Source: an uncultured bacterium (GTDB taxonomy: Bacteria; Actinomycetota; Acidimicrobiia; Spongiisociales; UBA5794). Taken from it: DNA of 64,000 bases. How positions within the stretch are numbered: the stretch's first letter is position 1; the number at the start of each line of letters is the position of its first letter. The stretch spans positions 96,001 through 160,000 of the forward strand of contig CAWDDT010000010.1 in the NCBI GenBank assembly GCA_963801165.1, in the 5' to 3' direction. The translations under genes and the position numbers were made by a program. The notes beneath the pieces are model-generated. The model had not been told where the DNA came from and did not search any database. It was given only the letters and a program-made list of their open reading frames with translations. Shown here one piece after another: positions 1-10,124 of this stretch.

Positions 1-10
1 TGGAAATGTC

Positions 11-700
11 TCATGGCTCGAACTTATAGCCAACACCCCACACGGTTGTGATCCACCGTGGATTCTCCTGGTCCGTCTCGAGCTTGCGGCGCAGCCGCCG
101 GACGTGGACCGTCACGGTGGAGGGGTCCTGCCAATCGGCCGACGAATCCCAGACCTGTTCCAGCAGCTGTCCGCGCGAGAACACCTGGCGCGGGGACCGG
201 GCGAGAAACGCCAGGAGGTCGAACTCCTTGGGTGTCATCTCGAGCTCGTTTCCGTCGAGCGTCACCACCCGGGCAGGCTCGTCGATCCGTAGACCGGTGA
301 ACTCGAGAACTTCGGCGGGTTTGTCCGTTGCCGAGGACCGGCGCAACACCGATCGAACGCGAGCGACCAGCTCGCGTGGCGAGAAGGGTTTGACGACATA
401 GTCGTCTGCGCCGAGCTCGAGACCGAGAACCCGATCGGTCTCCTCGGTTCTGGCGGTGAGCAGGATCACCGGGATGTCGCGTTTGCGCCGCAGCTCTGTG
501 AGCACCGAGAAGCCGTCGATTTCGGGAAGCATCACGTCGAGAACGATGAGATCGGGAGGGGATTCCTCGATGCATTTGAGGGCGGCCCGCCCTGTGCCGG
601 CCTCGTCAACATGGAAGCCTTCCCGCTCCAAATAGGCGACGACCACCTCGCGTACCATCGGCTCGTCGTCGACTACCAGTATCTGTTCGTTGTCGGTCAT
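11..700 (-). CDS. OmpR/PhoB-family two-component response regulator
   Basis: Receiver domain (ILVVDDE...LDVMLP...GADDYVVKPFS) plus winged-helix C-terminus (TVHVRRLRRKLE...ITTVWGVGYKF); start taken at MTDNEQ. Confidence 0.93.
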   Translation of the reverse strand: MTDNEQILVVDDEPMVREVVVAYLEREGFHVDEAGTGRAALKCIEESPPDLIVLDVMLPEIDGFSVLTELRRKRDIPVILLTARTEETDRVLGLELGADDYVVKPFSPRELVARVRSVLRRSSATDKPAEVLEFTGLRIDEPARVVTLDGNELEMTPKEFDLLAFLARSPRQVFSRGQLLEQVWDSSADWQDPSTVTVHVRRLRRKLETDQENPRWITTVWGVGYKFEP

Positions 701-861
701 TGTCGGAATCATATGACTTCTAACCAGAATCCTCGGGAGAAACAATCCCAGTTCCTCGAATGTTCACCTCCGAGAGAGCTCGGGAAAACCGGGGTGGTCA
801 TCTGACAACGCGCAAAGTAGTGTGGTGAGTACGAGGCGTATTTGGGCTGAGCGCGGGGGAT

Positions 862-1689
862 ATGGTCTTGGACGAGCGATGTGTGCTTTGCGGCGAAGCC
901 GCTGCAGTGCGTGTGCGGGGGACGAGTTTCTGCGCCGCTTGCGGTTTGGGCCAGTACTCGAATAGTGCGTCATCACCACGCCGCCTGCGCCGCCGGTCAC
1001 GTCGCGCCGCATTCCTCGCCGTTTTCTCTTCCGGTCTGTTCGTGAAGGTCCTGCTGGGCGCCGTTGCCCTGGCCGCGGTGGGGGGAGCGGCAGCAGCAAC
1101 GGTGATAGACAACGAGGTCTCGGAACCGCGCAGCCCGGGGATCGTTGCCGACCAGACGATCCCAACCACGATCCCCGAGACTGCAGCTGCCGGCTCGGCC
1201 GTGGTGGCGCTGACGACGACTGATTCCGTAGCGTCCCCGACGGTAGACGCGGCCGTGGCTGAATACGTGGCGGCTGTTCGGGCGTGGGCAGACTGCATTT
1301 CGGGAGCAGCGTCGACGCACATCGGGACGGGGTTCGATCCCGATATCGTATGTCCCGACACACCGTATCCCGGAGACTTCGGTTTGGCCGGCGACCCCGC
1401 CGATCCGCCCGCTGCCGGGGTGGATCCCGGAGATTCGGAGAATGCGCCCGGTCATGATGGTGTTGGTCCGGGTAACTCGGAGAGTGCGCCCGGTCATGAT
1501 GGTGTTGGTCCGGGTAACTCGGAGAGTGCGCCCGGTCATGATGGTGTTGGTCCGGGTAACTCGGAGAATGCGCCCGGTCATGATGATGCCGGTCCGGGTA
1601 ACTCGGAGAATGCGCCCGGTTTCGGTGATGGCGGCTCAGGCAATTCCGACAAAGCGCCCGGCACCTTCGAGAGTGGCCTCAACGCATAG
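862..1689 (+). CDS. Hypothetical membrane-anchored protein with N-terminal CxxC...CxxC and C-terminal Pro/Gly/Asp/Asn tandem repeats
   Basis: 275-aa ORF: CVLC/CAAC motifs, hydrophobic segment, repeated PGHDGVGPGNSE(S/N)A. Confidence 0.65.
   Translation: MVLDERCVLCGEAAAVRVRGTSFCAACGLGQYSNSASSPRRLRRRSRRAAFLAVFSSGLFVKVLLGAVALAAVGGAAAATVIDNEVSEPRSPGIVADQTIPTTIPETAAAGSAVVALTTTDSVASPTVDAAVAEYVAAVRAWADCISGAASTHIGTGFDPDIVCPDTPYPGDFGLAGDPADPPAAGVDPGDSENAPGHDGVGPGNSESAPGHDGVGPGNSESAPGHDGVGPGNSENAPGHDDAGPGNSENAPGFGDGGSGNSDKAPGTFESGLNA
1435..1620 (+). repeat. 42-bp coding tandem repeat (~4.4 copies)
   Basis: GCGCCCGGTCATGATGGTGTTGGTCCGGGTAACTCGGAGA(G/A)T units starting at 1444, 1486, 1528 and 1570. Confidence 0.9.
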
Positions 1690-1793
1690 GAGCGTGTTGA
1701 ACCACTGCCTGTCGTTCCGGCGCCGCGAAGATGCGGCACCAGCCGGCGGGAGATCCCGGGGGCAAGCCTCTTCATCGGCTACGCTCGCTCTTC

Positions 1794-2621
1794 ATGCCCT
1801 CGTCGCGATGGTCCTCCCATGATGTACTGGCCGATGCCGCAGCAGCTCGGAGCTATCCGAAGATCCCGGTGACCCGTGACCTGCCGCTTGTTCATCGACC
1901 CAGCAGGGTCTCAGGCCGGGTCGTCGCCTTCACGCCCGGTCAGAGAGTCGTTCTCTGTGACGAGGACGGCAATCTTCACGAGTTCAAACCCCATCCGGGT
2001 GTGCTCCTGTACCGAGGCAAGCCTGTTGAGCTGATACCCGGTGAATGGCGTAGCGATGCCCCGTCACGGTTGACCGCATCAGGGTCGATCGATCCCGGTC
2101 GGGTTGCCGCTAAAACGGCCCGCGCCAGCCGGATATGGGTGGAGGGCATCCATGATGCGGAGTTGGTCGAGAAGGTGTGGGGTGACGATCTGCGGGTTGA
2201 GGGGATCGTGGTAGAGCCGTTGCACGGCGCCGATGACGTCGTCGCCGCGGTGCGTGCATTCCAACCGAACCGAACGAGACGGCTCGGCATCTTGCTCGAT
2301 CATCTCGTCGCCGGTTCGAAGGAATCCCGGATCAGCGCGGCAGTGGGCGATAGCAACGTTCTCGTGTGCGGGCATCCATACGTGGACGTGTGGCAGGCGG
2401 TGAAACCCGGCGTCCTCGGTATCCAGAACTGGCCGGAGATACCGCCGGGCAAGCCGTGGAAGGACGGTGTCATCAGCGCCCTCGGGCGTCGCCAGGAACC
2501 CGGCGCGTTCTGGCGGGAAGTCCTCGACCGGGTCGGCTCCTATCGCGACATCGAGACGCCCCTTGTGAACGCGGTTGAGCAGTTGATCGACTTTGTGACG
2601 GTTCCCCGGTCCCCGAAGTGA
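1794..2621 (+). CDS. DUF3097 family protein
   Basis: Actinobacterial motifs RTASGS-like, [27 protein letters not shown] and [13 protein letters not shown]. Confidence 0.8.
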   Translation: MPSSRWSSHDVLADAAAARSYPKIPVTRDLPLVHRPSRVSGRVVAFTPGQRVVLCDEDGNLHEFKPHPGVLLYRGKPVELIPGEWRSDAPSRLTASGSIDPGRVAAKTARASRIWVEGIHDAELVEKVWGDDLRVEGIVVEPLHGADDVVAAVRAFQPNRTRRLGILLDHLVAGSKESRISAAVGDSNVLVCGHPYVDVWQAVKPGVLGIQNWPEIPPGKPWKDGVISALGRRQEPGAFWREVLDRVGSYRDIETPLVNAVEQLIDFVTVPRSPK

Positions 2622-2661
2622 CGTTGCGCTTCTGGCGCATCTATGGGGTACATTCGCACCT

Positions 2662-3117
2662 ATGCGCGTCGTGATCCAACGTGTCTCTGAGGCATCTGTC
2701 TCCGTAGACGGCTCTGTCGTCGGTGAGATCGGTCCCGGGCTGCTGGTGCTGCTCGGGGTCGGAGATGGTGACGGCCCCACGGACGCAGCGGCTCTGGTCG
2801 ACAAGATGCTGGATCTCCGCATTTTTCCCGACGAGGAGGGCCGGATGAACCTGTCGGTGGTCGACGTCGGAGGCGCTGTGCTCGTGGTCAGCCAGTTCAC
2901 CCTGCTTGCCGACGTTCGCAAGGGTCGGCGACCTTCATTCACCGCCGCGGCCGCTCCCGAGCAGGCATCCGGTCTGGTGGACGAGGTCGTCGCCCTGATC
3001 ACAGCCAGAGGAGTTCCTGTGGCGACCGGTGAGTTCGGGGCGATGATGCAGGTGAACCTCGTCAACTCCGGTCCGGTCACGATCGTGGTCGACGTTGCGG
3101 GCGGACGTGTTCAGTGA
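2662..3117 (+). CDS. dtd: D-aminoacyl-tRNA deacylase
   Basis: [24 protein letters not shown] and NSGPVT motifs. Confidence 0.95.
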   Translation: MRVVIQRVSEASVSVDGSVVGEIGPGLLVLLGVGDGDGPTDAAALVDKMLDLRIFPDEEGRMNLSVVDVGGAVLVVSQFTLLADVRKGRRPSFTAAAAPEQASGLVDEVVALITARGVPVATGEFGAMMQVNLVNSGPVTIVVDVAGGRVQ

Positions 3118-6100
3118 GCCGTGAAGGCAGAACCTGCGGGACAGAACTTGATGAAGTCGCAGGAGTAGCACGCCTGTGACGGCGTCTGCGGGTATTCAGG
3201 ACCTGCGGCCTGTCCGAGAAGAGCCTCGAGGTGTCTGCGAGCTGTTGCCAGCCAGGACGCGTCGGCTGCGACGGTCACCTCCTCGAGATCGCCGCCTCCC
3301 AGATAGGCAAACGTGACCCTGATGGCTTGTGGCGGTTCGGGGGATAGCGCCTTGTCGATTGCCGCTACCCCATATGCCTCCAGCTGCACGATGGCTGCCG
3401 GGTTGCCCCTGTTACGGCCGGACTTGAAGTCGACGATCTCCCACACCCCCGGGTGTGGCTCATAGACGGCGTCGATGCGTCCCCTGATCCTGCCCGAAGA
3501 GAGGCCGATGTCAATCGGCGTCTCGACGAAGCGTGGCCGGGCGTCGGCGAACCGGGACGCGAGGTACACGCTATAGGGATCGGGGCCGTTGCCGGGAGGC
3601 TCGTCGGAATCGGTCACGTCATAGAGATCGTCGCTTATCTCGTCGAGCGGCATCTCGCCCCTGCCGTGCAGCTCGATGCGGCGGTGCACCTTGACGCCGC
3701 GTCGCATGGCCGCTGCCTGGCGACGTGGGAGCGGCTCGACCTCGGACCAGTAGAAACGCTGCGGGCACTGGGCAAGCGTCACGAGACCGGTTACAGAGGT
3801 ATCCACACCGGTTTCCTCCGACCGGGGCGGGGGAGGCTCAGGCATGTCGTCGAGGATCATCCGCATCTGGTCCACGGCCGCATCGTAAGACGTCGGATCC
3901 GCCCCGACCAGACTCTCCGGCCACCCGGTGTCGGCGAGCGTTGCCCGCAGCGCGTTCTCCCACCCGGTAGGAAAGAGCGGGTCGGGGGCGCCGGCAGCCG
4001 GCACGATCGACAAAGTCGCAGGGCGTTCCCCCGGATCGGCGGCTCGGACGTTCAGCGTGATCCCCGGGGCTCGGCCCACCGCATCGAGGATAGGGCTCGG
4101 GGGCTTTGGCCTCTGGGCCGTGCCGTACCAGTGTGCACCCGTCAGGTAGAGGCGTCGCTTGGCGCGGGTGACCGCCACATAGGCGGTACGCCATTCCTGC
4201 CGGTCGCGCACCGTACGCAGCGCAACCTGCCGCTCGTCATCGTCCAGCTCGGGATCGACCGGGGCCTCGAGACGCAGCCCGTATGGCACGAATCGAGCCT
4301 TGCTGACGGGATCGTCCAATGTGCCCCTGTCGAACGGGAACACCCCCTTGGCCAGGGTGGGGATGAAGACGGTGTCCCATTCGAGCCCTTTGGCACGGTG
4401 CGCGGTCAATAGCACCACAGCATCCTCTGAGCCGACGTTGGCCGTGTCGAGCTCGGCCGCCGAGCGTTCATCGACGATTAGCTCGAGATAGGCGAGAAAC
4501 GCCTGGAGGGTCGGTCTACCCCGAAGCGGGCTCCACTCCTCGGCGAGGTCGAGGAAGCGGAACAGGTTGACCCGGGCCGTCAACGCCGAGCCCGGATCCC
4601 TGGCTTCCACTTCGTTCCACATCCCTGTCTCGTCGAGAATCCGTCTGCACAGATCGACGAGCGACGAGCCCTGAGCCAGCTCGAGGAACCTCCGGTAGAG
4701 CTTTCGGAACGAGACGAGCCTGCTTCTCGCCTCGGGGCGGATACCGTCGATTTCCTCGAGCTGGTCGATTGCCTCAACAAGCGGCCACCCGAGATCGGGA
4801 TCATCTCCGAGCAGAGCACGATTGGGTCTGATCCAGCGGCTCAGCGGTGCCAGGTCGCGCAACCCGAGACGGTAGGCAGGCCCCAGCAGGATCCGTGCCA
4901 GAGCGATGGAATCCCCCGGTCGGTCGATTGTCCGCAGCCATGCGTGCAGATCGGCCACTTCGGGCAGATCGAGCAGGCCGCCGAGAGAGCCAACCTCGAC
5001 GGGGACGTCGAGTGCCTGGAGAGCGTCGCGCACGAGACCCATGTCACTGTTCTTGCGAAAGATGACGGCCATCTCGTTCCAGGCAACGTGCTCTTCCTCG
5101 TGGAGGCGGACTATTTCCTCGGCGATCCAGTCGGCTTCTGCAACGGTGGTCCTGAAGAATTCGGCAGCGACCGATCCGGGCGGTGCGGTTGCGATCGGAC
5201 GCAGCGGAGCAAACTGCGCGTCCCCGTACAGCTCGACGCGAAGCTCGTGAGCCGCCGCCAGGATTGCCGATCCCGAGCGTCGGTTCTCGGTCAGCGACAG
5301 GGTTGTTGCCGGAGTGCCGTCTTGCTCGGGGAAATGTACGGGGAAGTCGTCGAAGTTGGTGATCGACGCTCCGCGCCACTCGTATATCGTCTGGTCGGTG
5401 TCGCCCACCGCGGTCACCGGGAAACCGTCGCCAAAGACGGCACGGAGCAGCTCACGCTGTGCCGGATCCGTGTCCTGATACTCGTCGAGCAGGGCAACCT
5501 CGTAGCGCTGCCGGACCCGAGATGCGATCTCGAGGTGCCCGGTGAGTAGCTGGTGGGTGAGCCGGATCAGGTCTCCGTAGTCGAGGACCCCGAGCTCGCG
5601 TTTCGCCGCGTCGTAGCGCTGCACGATGCCGGCGAGTTCCAGCCGCTGGAGCGAGACGTCGTCGTCTCCACCCTTTGCAATCAATTCGCTGGCGGTGAGC
5701 AGGTTCCGAGCCAGCTGACCGCTGAGGTCGACAGCGGCATCGACCCGGGCAGGGATCCACGTCAGATCGAGCACTTCGTAGGAGCCTGTGGCGATTGCTT
5801 CATGGAACAGCTGTCTGACATACCCCGGGCCGACCACCTCGGTGTCGCGCTCGACGCCGATGATCGCACCGAACTCCTGAAGGATGCTGTACGCGAAGCC
5901 GTGATAGGTGGTCACCTCGACCTCGCGCCCGGATTCGGCCAGGAGCGATAGCACTTCGCGCAGCCTGCCGGCAAGCTCATCAGCCGCCTTGTTGGTGAAT
6001 GTGATGCCGATGGCGCGCTCCGGGCTGAGACCACCCTCGACCAGGTGAGCCAGACGGTGAACGATGGTGGTGGTCTTGCCGGTGCCTGCCCCGGCAATGA

Positions 6101-6164
6101 CCCGCAACGGCCGGAGCGGATAGCCGATGATCGCCTTCTGTTCTGGAGTCGGGACGAAGTTCAT
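3111..6164 (-). CDS. UvrD-like SF1 helicase with C-terminal RecB-type nuclease (AdnB-like)
   Basis: [38 protein letters not shown]...IVDFKS, four Cys (CPQR...[10 protein letters not shown]); ATGA overlap with upstream gene. Confidence 0.88.
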   Translation of the reverse strand: MNFVPTPEQKAIIGYPLRPLRVIAGAGTGKTTTIVHRLAHLVEGGLSPERAIGITFTNKAADELAGRLREVLSLLAESGREVEVTTYHGFAYSILQEFGAIIGVERDTEVVGPGYVRQLFHEAIATGSYEVLDLTWIPARVDAAVDLSGQLARNLLTASELIAKGGDDDVSLQRLELAGIVQRYDAAKRELGVLDYGDLIRLTHQLLTGHLEIASRVRQRYEVALLDEYQDTDPAQRELLRAVFGDGFPVTAVGDTDQTIYEWRGASITNFDDFPVHFPEQDGTPATTLSLTENRRSGSAILAAAHELRVELYGDAQFAPLRPIATAPPGSVAAEFFRTTVAEADWIAEEIVRLHEEEHVAWNEMAVIFRKNSDMGLVRDALQALDVPVEVGSLGGLLDLPEVADLHAWLRTIDRPGDSIALARILLGPAYRLGLRDLAPLSRWIRPNRALLGDDPDLGWPLVEAIDQLEEIDGIRPEARSRLVSFRKLYRRFLELAQGSSLVDLCRRILDETGMWNEVEARDPGSALTARVNLFRFLDLAEEWSPLRGRPTLQAFLAYLELIVDERSAAELDTANVGSEDAVVLLTAHRAKGLEWDTVFIPTLAKGVFPFDRGTLDDPVSKARFVPYGLRLEAPVDPELDDDERQVALRTVRDRQEWRTAYVAVTRAKRRLYLTGAHWYGTAQRPKPPSPILDAVGRAPGITLNVRAADPGERPATLSIVPAAGAPDPLFPTGWENALRATLADTGWPESLVGADPTSYDAAVDQMRMILDDMPEPPPPRSEETGVDTSVTGLVTLAQCPQRFYWSEVEPLPRRQAAAMRRGVKVHRRIELHGRGEMPLDEISDDLYDVTDSDEPPGNGPDPYSVYLASRFADARPRFVETPIDIGLSSGRIRGRIDAVYEPHPGVWEIVDFKSGRNRGNPAAIVQLEAYGVAAIDKALSPEPPQAIRVTFAYLGGGDLEEVTVAADASWLATARRHLEALLGQAAGPEYPQTPSQACYSCDFIKFCPAGSAFTAH

Positions 6165-9151
6165 GCGAAACCCGGTCCGCCCTCGGCCCACGCCGGGCAT
6201 ACCTGGCGAAGCGAGCAACGTTCACAGTGGGTGCCCGGTTTCGGTGTCCAATCCTCGGATCGGATGCCTTCGGCGGCCAGCTGCAGGCGAGCTTCGACAT
6301 GGCTGAGAAGACCCATGTCGAACTTGCGTGTGGTGACACCCCTGGTCCCGTGCATCGGGTACCAGAGCTCGGCCCCGACTACCGGCCCGTGTGCATCGAG
6401 ATCCGAGTCGCGGTCGACGGCAAGCGCATAGAAGCCAAGCTGCAGGGATTCAGCGGCTTCTGCGATCTGAACGGGGTGCTTGCTGGTCTTGTAGTCGACA
6501 ATGGTCAAACCACCTGGTCCGCTGTCGATTCGGTCGATGCGACCGGTCCATTTGATGCCACCGACCTCGGCCTCGACGGTTCGCTCGAGGTCGAGGGCGC
6601 GACGCTTCCTGGTGGGCCAATTCTCGTAGAGACGGATCAACCCGTCGTGACCACGGTTCAGCCAGGAGTCGGCAAACGGACGGCCCCCGTAGTCGTTGGG
6701 GTCGAATCGCTCCCCGAGCTCGGTGAGAGCCGCGTCCAGCGTGCTGTGCTCTCGCCCCTGGTCGCGGGCGGTGCGTTCCACCGTCTCGAGAACATCGTGG
6801 ATCAGCGTACCGAAGTCAGCGTGGAGCGACGTGTCGGATCCGACTTTGAGACGGCGCTCGAGGGCATACCGTCGCGGGCAGTCCTCATACATTTGTGCCT
6901 GCGAGGGGGAGAGCACCACCTGGTCACCAATCAGGCCGTCGTCGGGTCCCCGGTCCCGGACACCGTTGAAGTCGGCAGCGGGGCGCAGCCCCCACTCCTC
7001 GCCGATGGCGAGGACTCGAAGGGCGGCGAGACGTGCCGGTCGCGGCGCAGCCACATCGACCAGGCAGCGACGCAGCGCGGCTTCGGCTTCGTGAGCCGTG
7101 ACAGGGAGCCGGCCACCCTCCGCGGGATGCGTTGGAGGGCACACGCTCACCCGGCCGGGTGGTCGGCCCGCATCGACCCCCACCCGGGCGGCGATTGTGG
7201 TGAAGAAGCGGCTGGGGCGGCCGGGTGCCTCGTCGAGACCACGTGCGGTGGCGGTCCAGATGACCCGGCGTCGGGCGCGGGTCATCGCCGTGTACGCCAA
7301 CCGGCTCTCCTCGCGAAGCCGGAAAGTCCGGTACTCCGCGGTATCAGCGGGGACGTGGGGCAACAGGTGTCGTACGCCGAGCAGCGAGTCCCGCGTACGG
7401 AGATCGGGAAATACCCCGTCAACTGCGTCGGCGATGAAGACCACGTCGAGTTCCAGCCCTTTTGCCTGGTGAAGAGTGGTCAGCGTGAGATAGTCGCCCT
7501 CCGGTCGGCGGTAGCTGAGCAGCGGCTGGGCTTCGAAATCCTCGCTCTCGGCGAGGCGGCGGTACTCGAGAAGTGTTCCCTGTGGATTGCGCTCCTCCCA
7601 GCGAACGAGCACCTGGGCCAACGATCGCCACGCCGCTCGCTCCTCAGCAGCCGCGGGGTCGGCAATGAGGCTCTCGACGCCGGGCAGAGTGCTCCACAGT
7701 TGCCACAGTCCATCGACGGCGGGAACGCTGGTGGCCCACCCGGGATCCTCGAGGAGGTCGGCGAGCCGGGACCACCCGGGGAGGGTCTCCCGGATCGCAC
7801 GAGACCAGGATGCGCTGACCCTGGCCTCCCGCTCCAGCGATCGAAACGCGCCGATTGTCAACCCGACTCGCGATCCGAGAAGCACCCGCCGCATTGCATT
7901 CTCCGCGGCGGTCGGCCCGTCGCATCCCGAAGCCGCGACGGCGAGGTCGAGTAGGAAGCGGACTGCGGGCTGGTCGGTGAGCCGGCTACCCGGTAGCTCG
8001 TGCGGTATGTGGCGGCGCTCCAACGCCCGGGAGAGGTCGGCAAGGAGCCGGCGTTTGCTGCGGACGAACACGCCGATTCGGCGGTAGGGGATACCTTCTG
8101 TGAGGTGGAGCCGTTGCGCCTCGGCCGATATCCATTCCGCTTCCTCGACTTGCTGGTCGAACCGGTACGCATCCACGACTCCCCGACCGGGGGCCGGGTG
8201 CACGGTTCCGGTCGCACCGGGAAGATCGCCGGTGGTCACTGCCACTGCCGCATCGAGGATGGCGGCCGGTGTGCGAAACGAGGTCGTCAGCAAGAAGCGG
8301 ATGGCGGGGGTTTCGGACGAGCCGAAATCATCCTCGAACGCGGCGACGTTCTCGACCGTGGCGCCCCGAAAGCTGTATATCGATTGGTAGGGGTCGGCGG
8401 CGGCGAGCGTGTGGCTGCCACCGCGTTGGAGTGCCTGCAGCAGCCGGACCTGGGCCGTCGTCGTGTCCTGGTATTCGTCAACCAGCACGTAGGTCTCAGT
8501 GTGCGCCGCAGCGAGGACGCCCTCTTCGAGCAGCGCGACGGCAGTGGAGATGAGAGTGCCGTAGTCGATGCGCCCCAGCTTGCGCAGCGCCCGTTGGTAT
8601 GTCGCGAGAAACTCCGGCAAACCGCGCCAATCGGCGCGCTCGAAACGGGCGATGGACTCGGGTGTGTTCATCTGCTCGGCTGAGCGCAAAATGAAGTCGG
8701 TCACCTCACCGGCAAAAGTCCGTGTGCCGAGAAGCTCGGCGAAGGCAGGGGACCAGGCGCGGCGGTCATCTTCTACCAGCAGTTCGTGCATCAGCGACAC
8801 CTGCTCGGGACCGGTGAGTATCTGCGGGTTCTCGCCCCATCCAGCGGCGACGCTGTTGATCTCGACCAGACGCGCAGCATAGGAGTGGAAGGTGGCGACA
8901 TCGAGAGCGCCGAGCGTATGGGTGATGCTCTGTCGAATCCGGCTGCGAACCTCGGCAACGCCGCGTCGGGAGAACCCGAGGACGGTGATCTGCTCAGGTC
9001 GTACCCCGGCAGCCGTGAGCAGATGGGTGGCCCGGCGGACCAGAAACTCCGTCTTTCCGGTCCCCGGACCGCCGACTACGAGCTGTGGGCCTGCGATGTG
9101 GGCCACGGCCTCCGGCCAGCCGTCGGGGTCGATCGAGATGGGGTCGTTCAC
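6161..9151 (-). CDS. UvrD-like helicase with C-terminal RecB-type nuclease (AdnA-like)
   Basis: GGPGTGKT, VDEYQD, TLHQAKGLE, YTAMTRAR, RIDRID...VDYKT, CPRR...CERCSLRQVC; GTGA overlap at 9148-9151. Confidence 0.87.
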   Translation of the reverse strand: MNDPISIDPDGWPEAVAHIAGPQLVVGGPGTGKTEFLVRRATHLLTAAGVRPEQITVLGFSRRGVAEVRSRIRQSITHTLGALDVATFHSYAARLVEINSVAAGWGENPQILTGPEQVSLMHELLVEDDRRAWSPAFAELLGTRTFAGEVTDFILRSAEQMNTPESIARFERADWRGLPEFLATYQRALRKLGRIDYGTLISTAVALLEEGVLAAAHTETYVLVDEYQDTTTAQVRLLQALQRGGSHTLAAADPYQSIYSFRGATVENVAAFEDDFGSSETPAIRFLLTTSFRTPAAILDAAVAVTTGDLPGATGTVHPAPGRGVVDAYRFDQQVEEAEWISAEAQRLHLTEGIPYRRIGVFVRSKRRLLADLSRALERRHIPHELPGSRLTDQPAVRFLLDLAVAASGCDGPTAAENAMRRVLLGSRVGLTIGAFRSLEREARVSASWSRAIRETLPGWSRLADLLEDPGWATSVPAVDGLWQLWSTLPGVESLIADPAAAEERAAWRSLAQVLVRWEERNPQGTLLEYRRLAESEDFEAQPLLSYRRPEGDYLTLTTLHQAKGLELDVVFIADAVDGVFPDLRTRDSLLGVRHLLPHVPADTAEYRTFRLREESRLAYTAMTRARRRVIWTATARGLDEAPGRPSRFFTTIAARVGVDAGRPPGRVSVCPPTHPAEGGRLPVTAHEAEAALRRCLVDVAAPRPARLAALRVLAIGEEWGLRPAADFNGVRDRGPDDGLIGDQVVLSPSQAQMYEDCPRRYALERRLKVGSDTSLHADFGTLIHDVLETVERTARDQGREHSTLDAALTELGERFDPNDYGGRPFADSWLNRGHDGLIRLYENWPTRKRRALDLERTVEAEVGGIKWTGRIDRIDSGPGGLTIVDYKTSKHPVQIAEAAESLQLGFYALAVDRDSDLDAHGPVVGAELWYPMHGTRGVTTRKFDMGLLSHVEARLQLAAEGIRSEDWTPKPGTHCERCSLRQVCPAWAEGGPGFA

Positions 9152-9966
9152 GACGTCGCGGGTTGGCCCGGATCGGTTGCAAAAGCCGGGCACCGATCCT
9201 GGAACTGGCACCAGTTGCACAGCTTGCCCGGTCTTGCGGGGAAGTCGTTGTTGATGATGGCCCGGTTTATGGCCGCCCAGAGTGCCTCGAGCTTGCGCCG
9301 GGTTGCGTCGAGTTGCTGGTCGCTAACCGGGATCTCGTACACCGTGGGCCGGCCCAGGTACATGAGCCGCAAACGTACCGGGGTGCGCCCGGTGCGCGCC
9401 CTGATGAGCAGCGCGTAGATCTTCAATGCGAAGAAGGCGGGAATGGCGTACCGCTCGGGTGGGGCCGAGCCGGTCTTGTAATCGGTGATGACCAGACCGT
9501 CCGGTTCCTCTTCCATCCGATCGAGAATGCCGCGGATGGTTATCTCGCCGAGCTCCTCGGTCATGTCGAGCTCCCGATCGACCGGATCAAACGAGGTTGG
9601 ATCCTCGATCACGAAGTAGTTGGCGAGCACCGACAGACTATCGATGCCCCAGGCTCGCTCCTCCTCGACGGTGTCGAAGAGACCGGGGAACTCCTCGTCG
9701 CGCAGCTCGACCCATGCCTTGCGAAACAGCTCGTAGAGCGTTTCCGGGGTGCGGTTCTTCGGGGCGAGATCGAACAGCCGCTGCAGGGCGAGGTGAGCGG
9801 TCGTACCCCGGGCCTGATACACGGTGGGGGGCACCTCGATCTTGTCGATTGCCTTGTACTTGAACAGAAGCGGGCACACTTTGAAGTCCCCGGCCCGCGA
9901 GGGAGACAGCGTTTCGAGGATCGGAGCCGCAATTGTCTGTGTCGTGGTGTGATTTGTAGCTGTCAT
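9148..9966 (-). CDS. Stand-alone RecB-family PD-(D/E)XK nuclease with 4-Cys (Fe-S) motif
   Basis: LSPSRAGDFKVCPLLF, GILDRME, ITDYKTG, LKIYAL, LCNWCQFQDRC; start at MTATNH, preceded by TATAGT. Confidence 0.85.
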   Translation of the reverse strand: MTATNHTTTQTIAAPILETLSPSRAGDFKVCPLLFKYKAIDKIEVPPTVYQARGTTAHLALQRLFDLAPKNRTPETLYELFRKAWVELRDEEFPGLFDTVEEERAWGIDSLSVLANYFVIEDPTSFDPVDRELDMTEELGEITIRGILDRMEEEPDGLVITDYKTGSAPPERYAIPAFFALKIYALLIRARTGRTPVRLRLMYLGRPTVYEIPVSDQQLDATRRKLEALWAAINRAIINNDFPARPGKLCNWCQFQDRCPAFATDPGQPATS

Positions 9967-10044
9967 CGCCTTTCGACTATACGCCGCGCCACCGACAAGA
10001 ACCACACGCGTGTAGTTATCGCGTGTAGTTATCGACAGGGAGAT

Positions 10045-10119
10045 CGCGAAATATTTGCCGAATTCGCGAAAACGAACCAGCCATCCAACTTGACTGCACA
10101 AAGCGGTCGGGCGTACGTT
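10045..10119 (+). promoter_or_regulatory. SigA-type promoter with upstream CGCGAAA direct repeats (drives RNA-1)
   Basis: CGCGAAA at 10045 and 10065; TTGACT 10090-10095; 18-nt spacer; TACGTT 10114-10119. Confidence 0.7.
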
Positions 10120-10124
10120 ATCGG

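Noticed and set aside
6227-7954. Long antisense ORFs opposite adnA, smc, ffh and cofH (e.g. 575 aa, 440 aa, 408 aa, 444 aa)
   Set aside because: Expected from GC3-biased codon usage on the coding strand, with no protein-like motifs.
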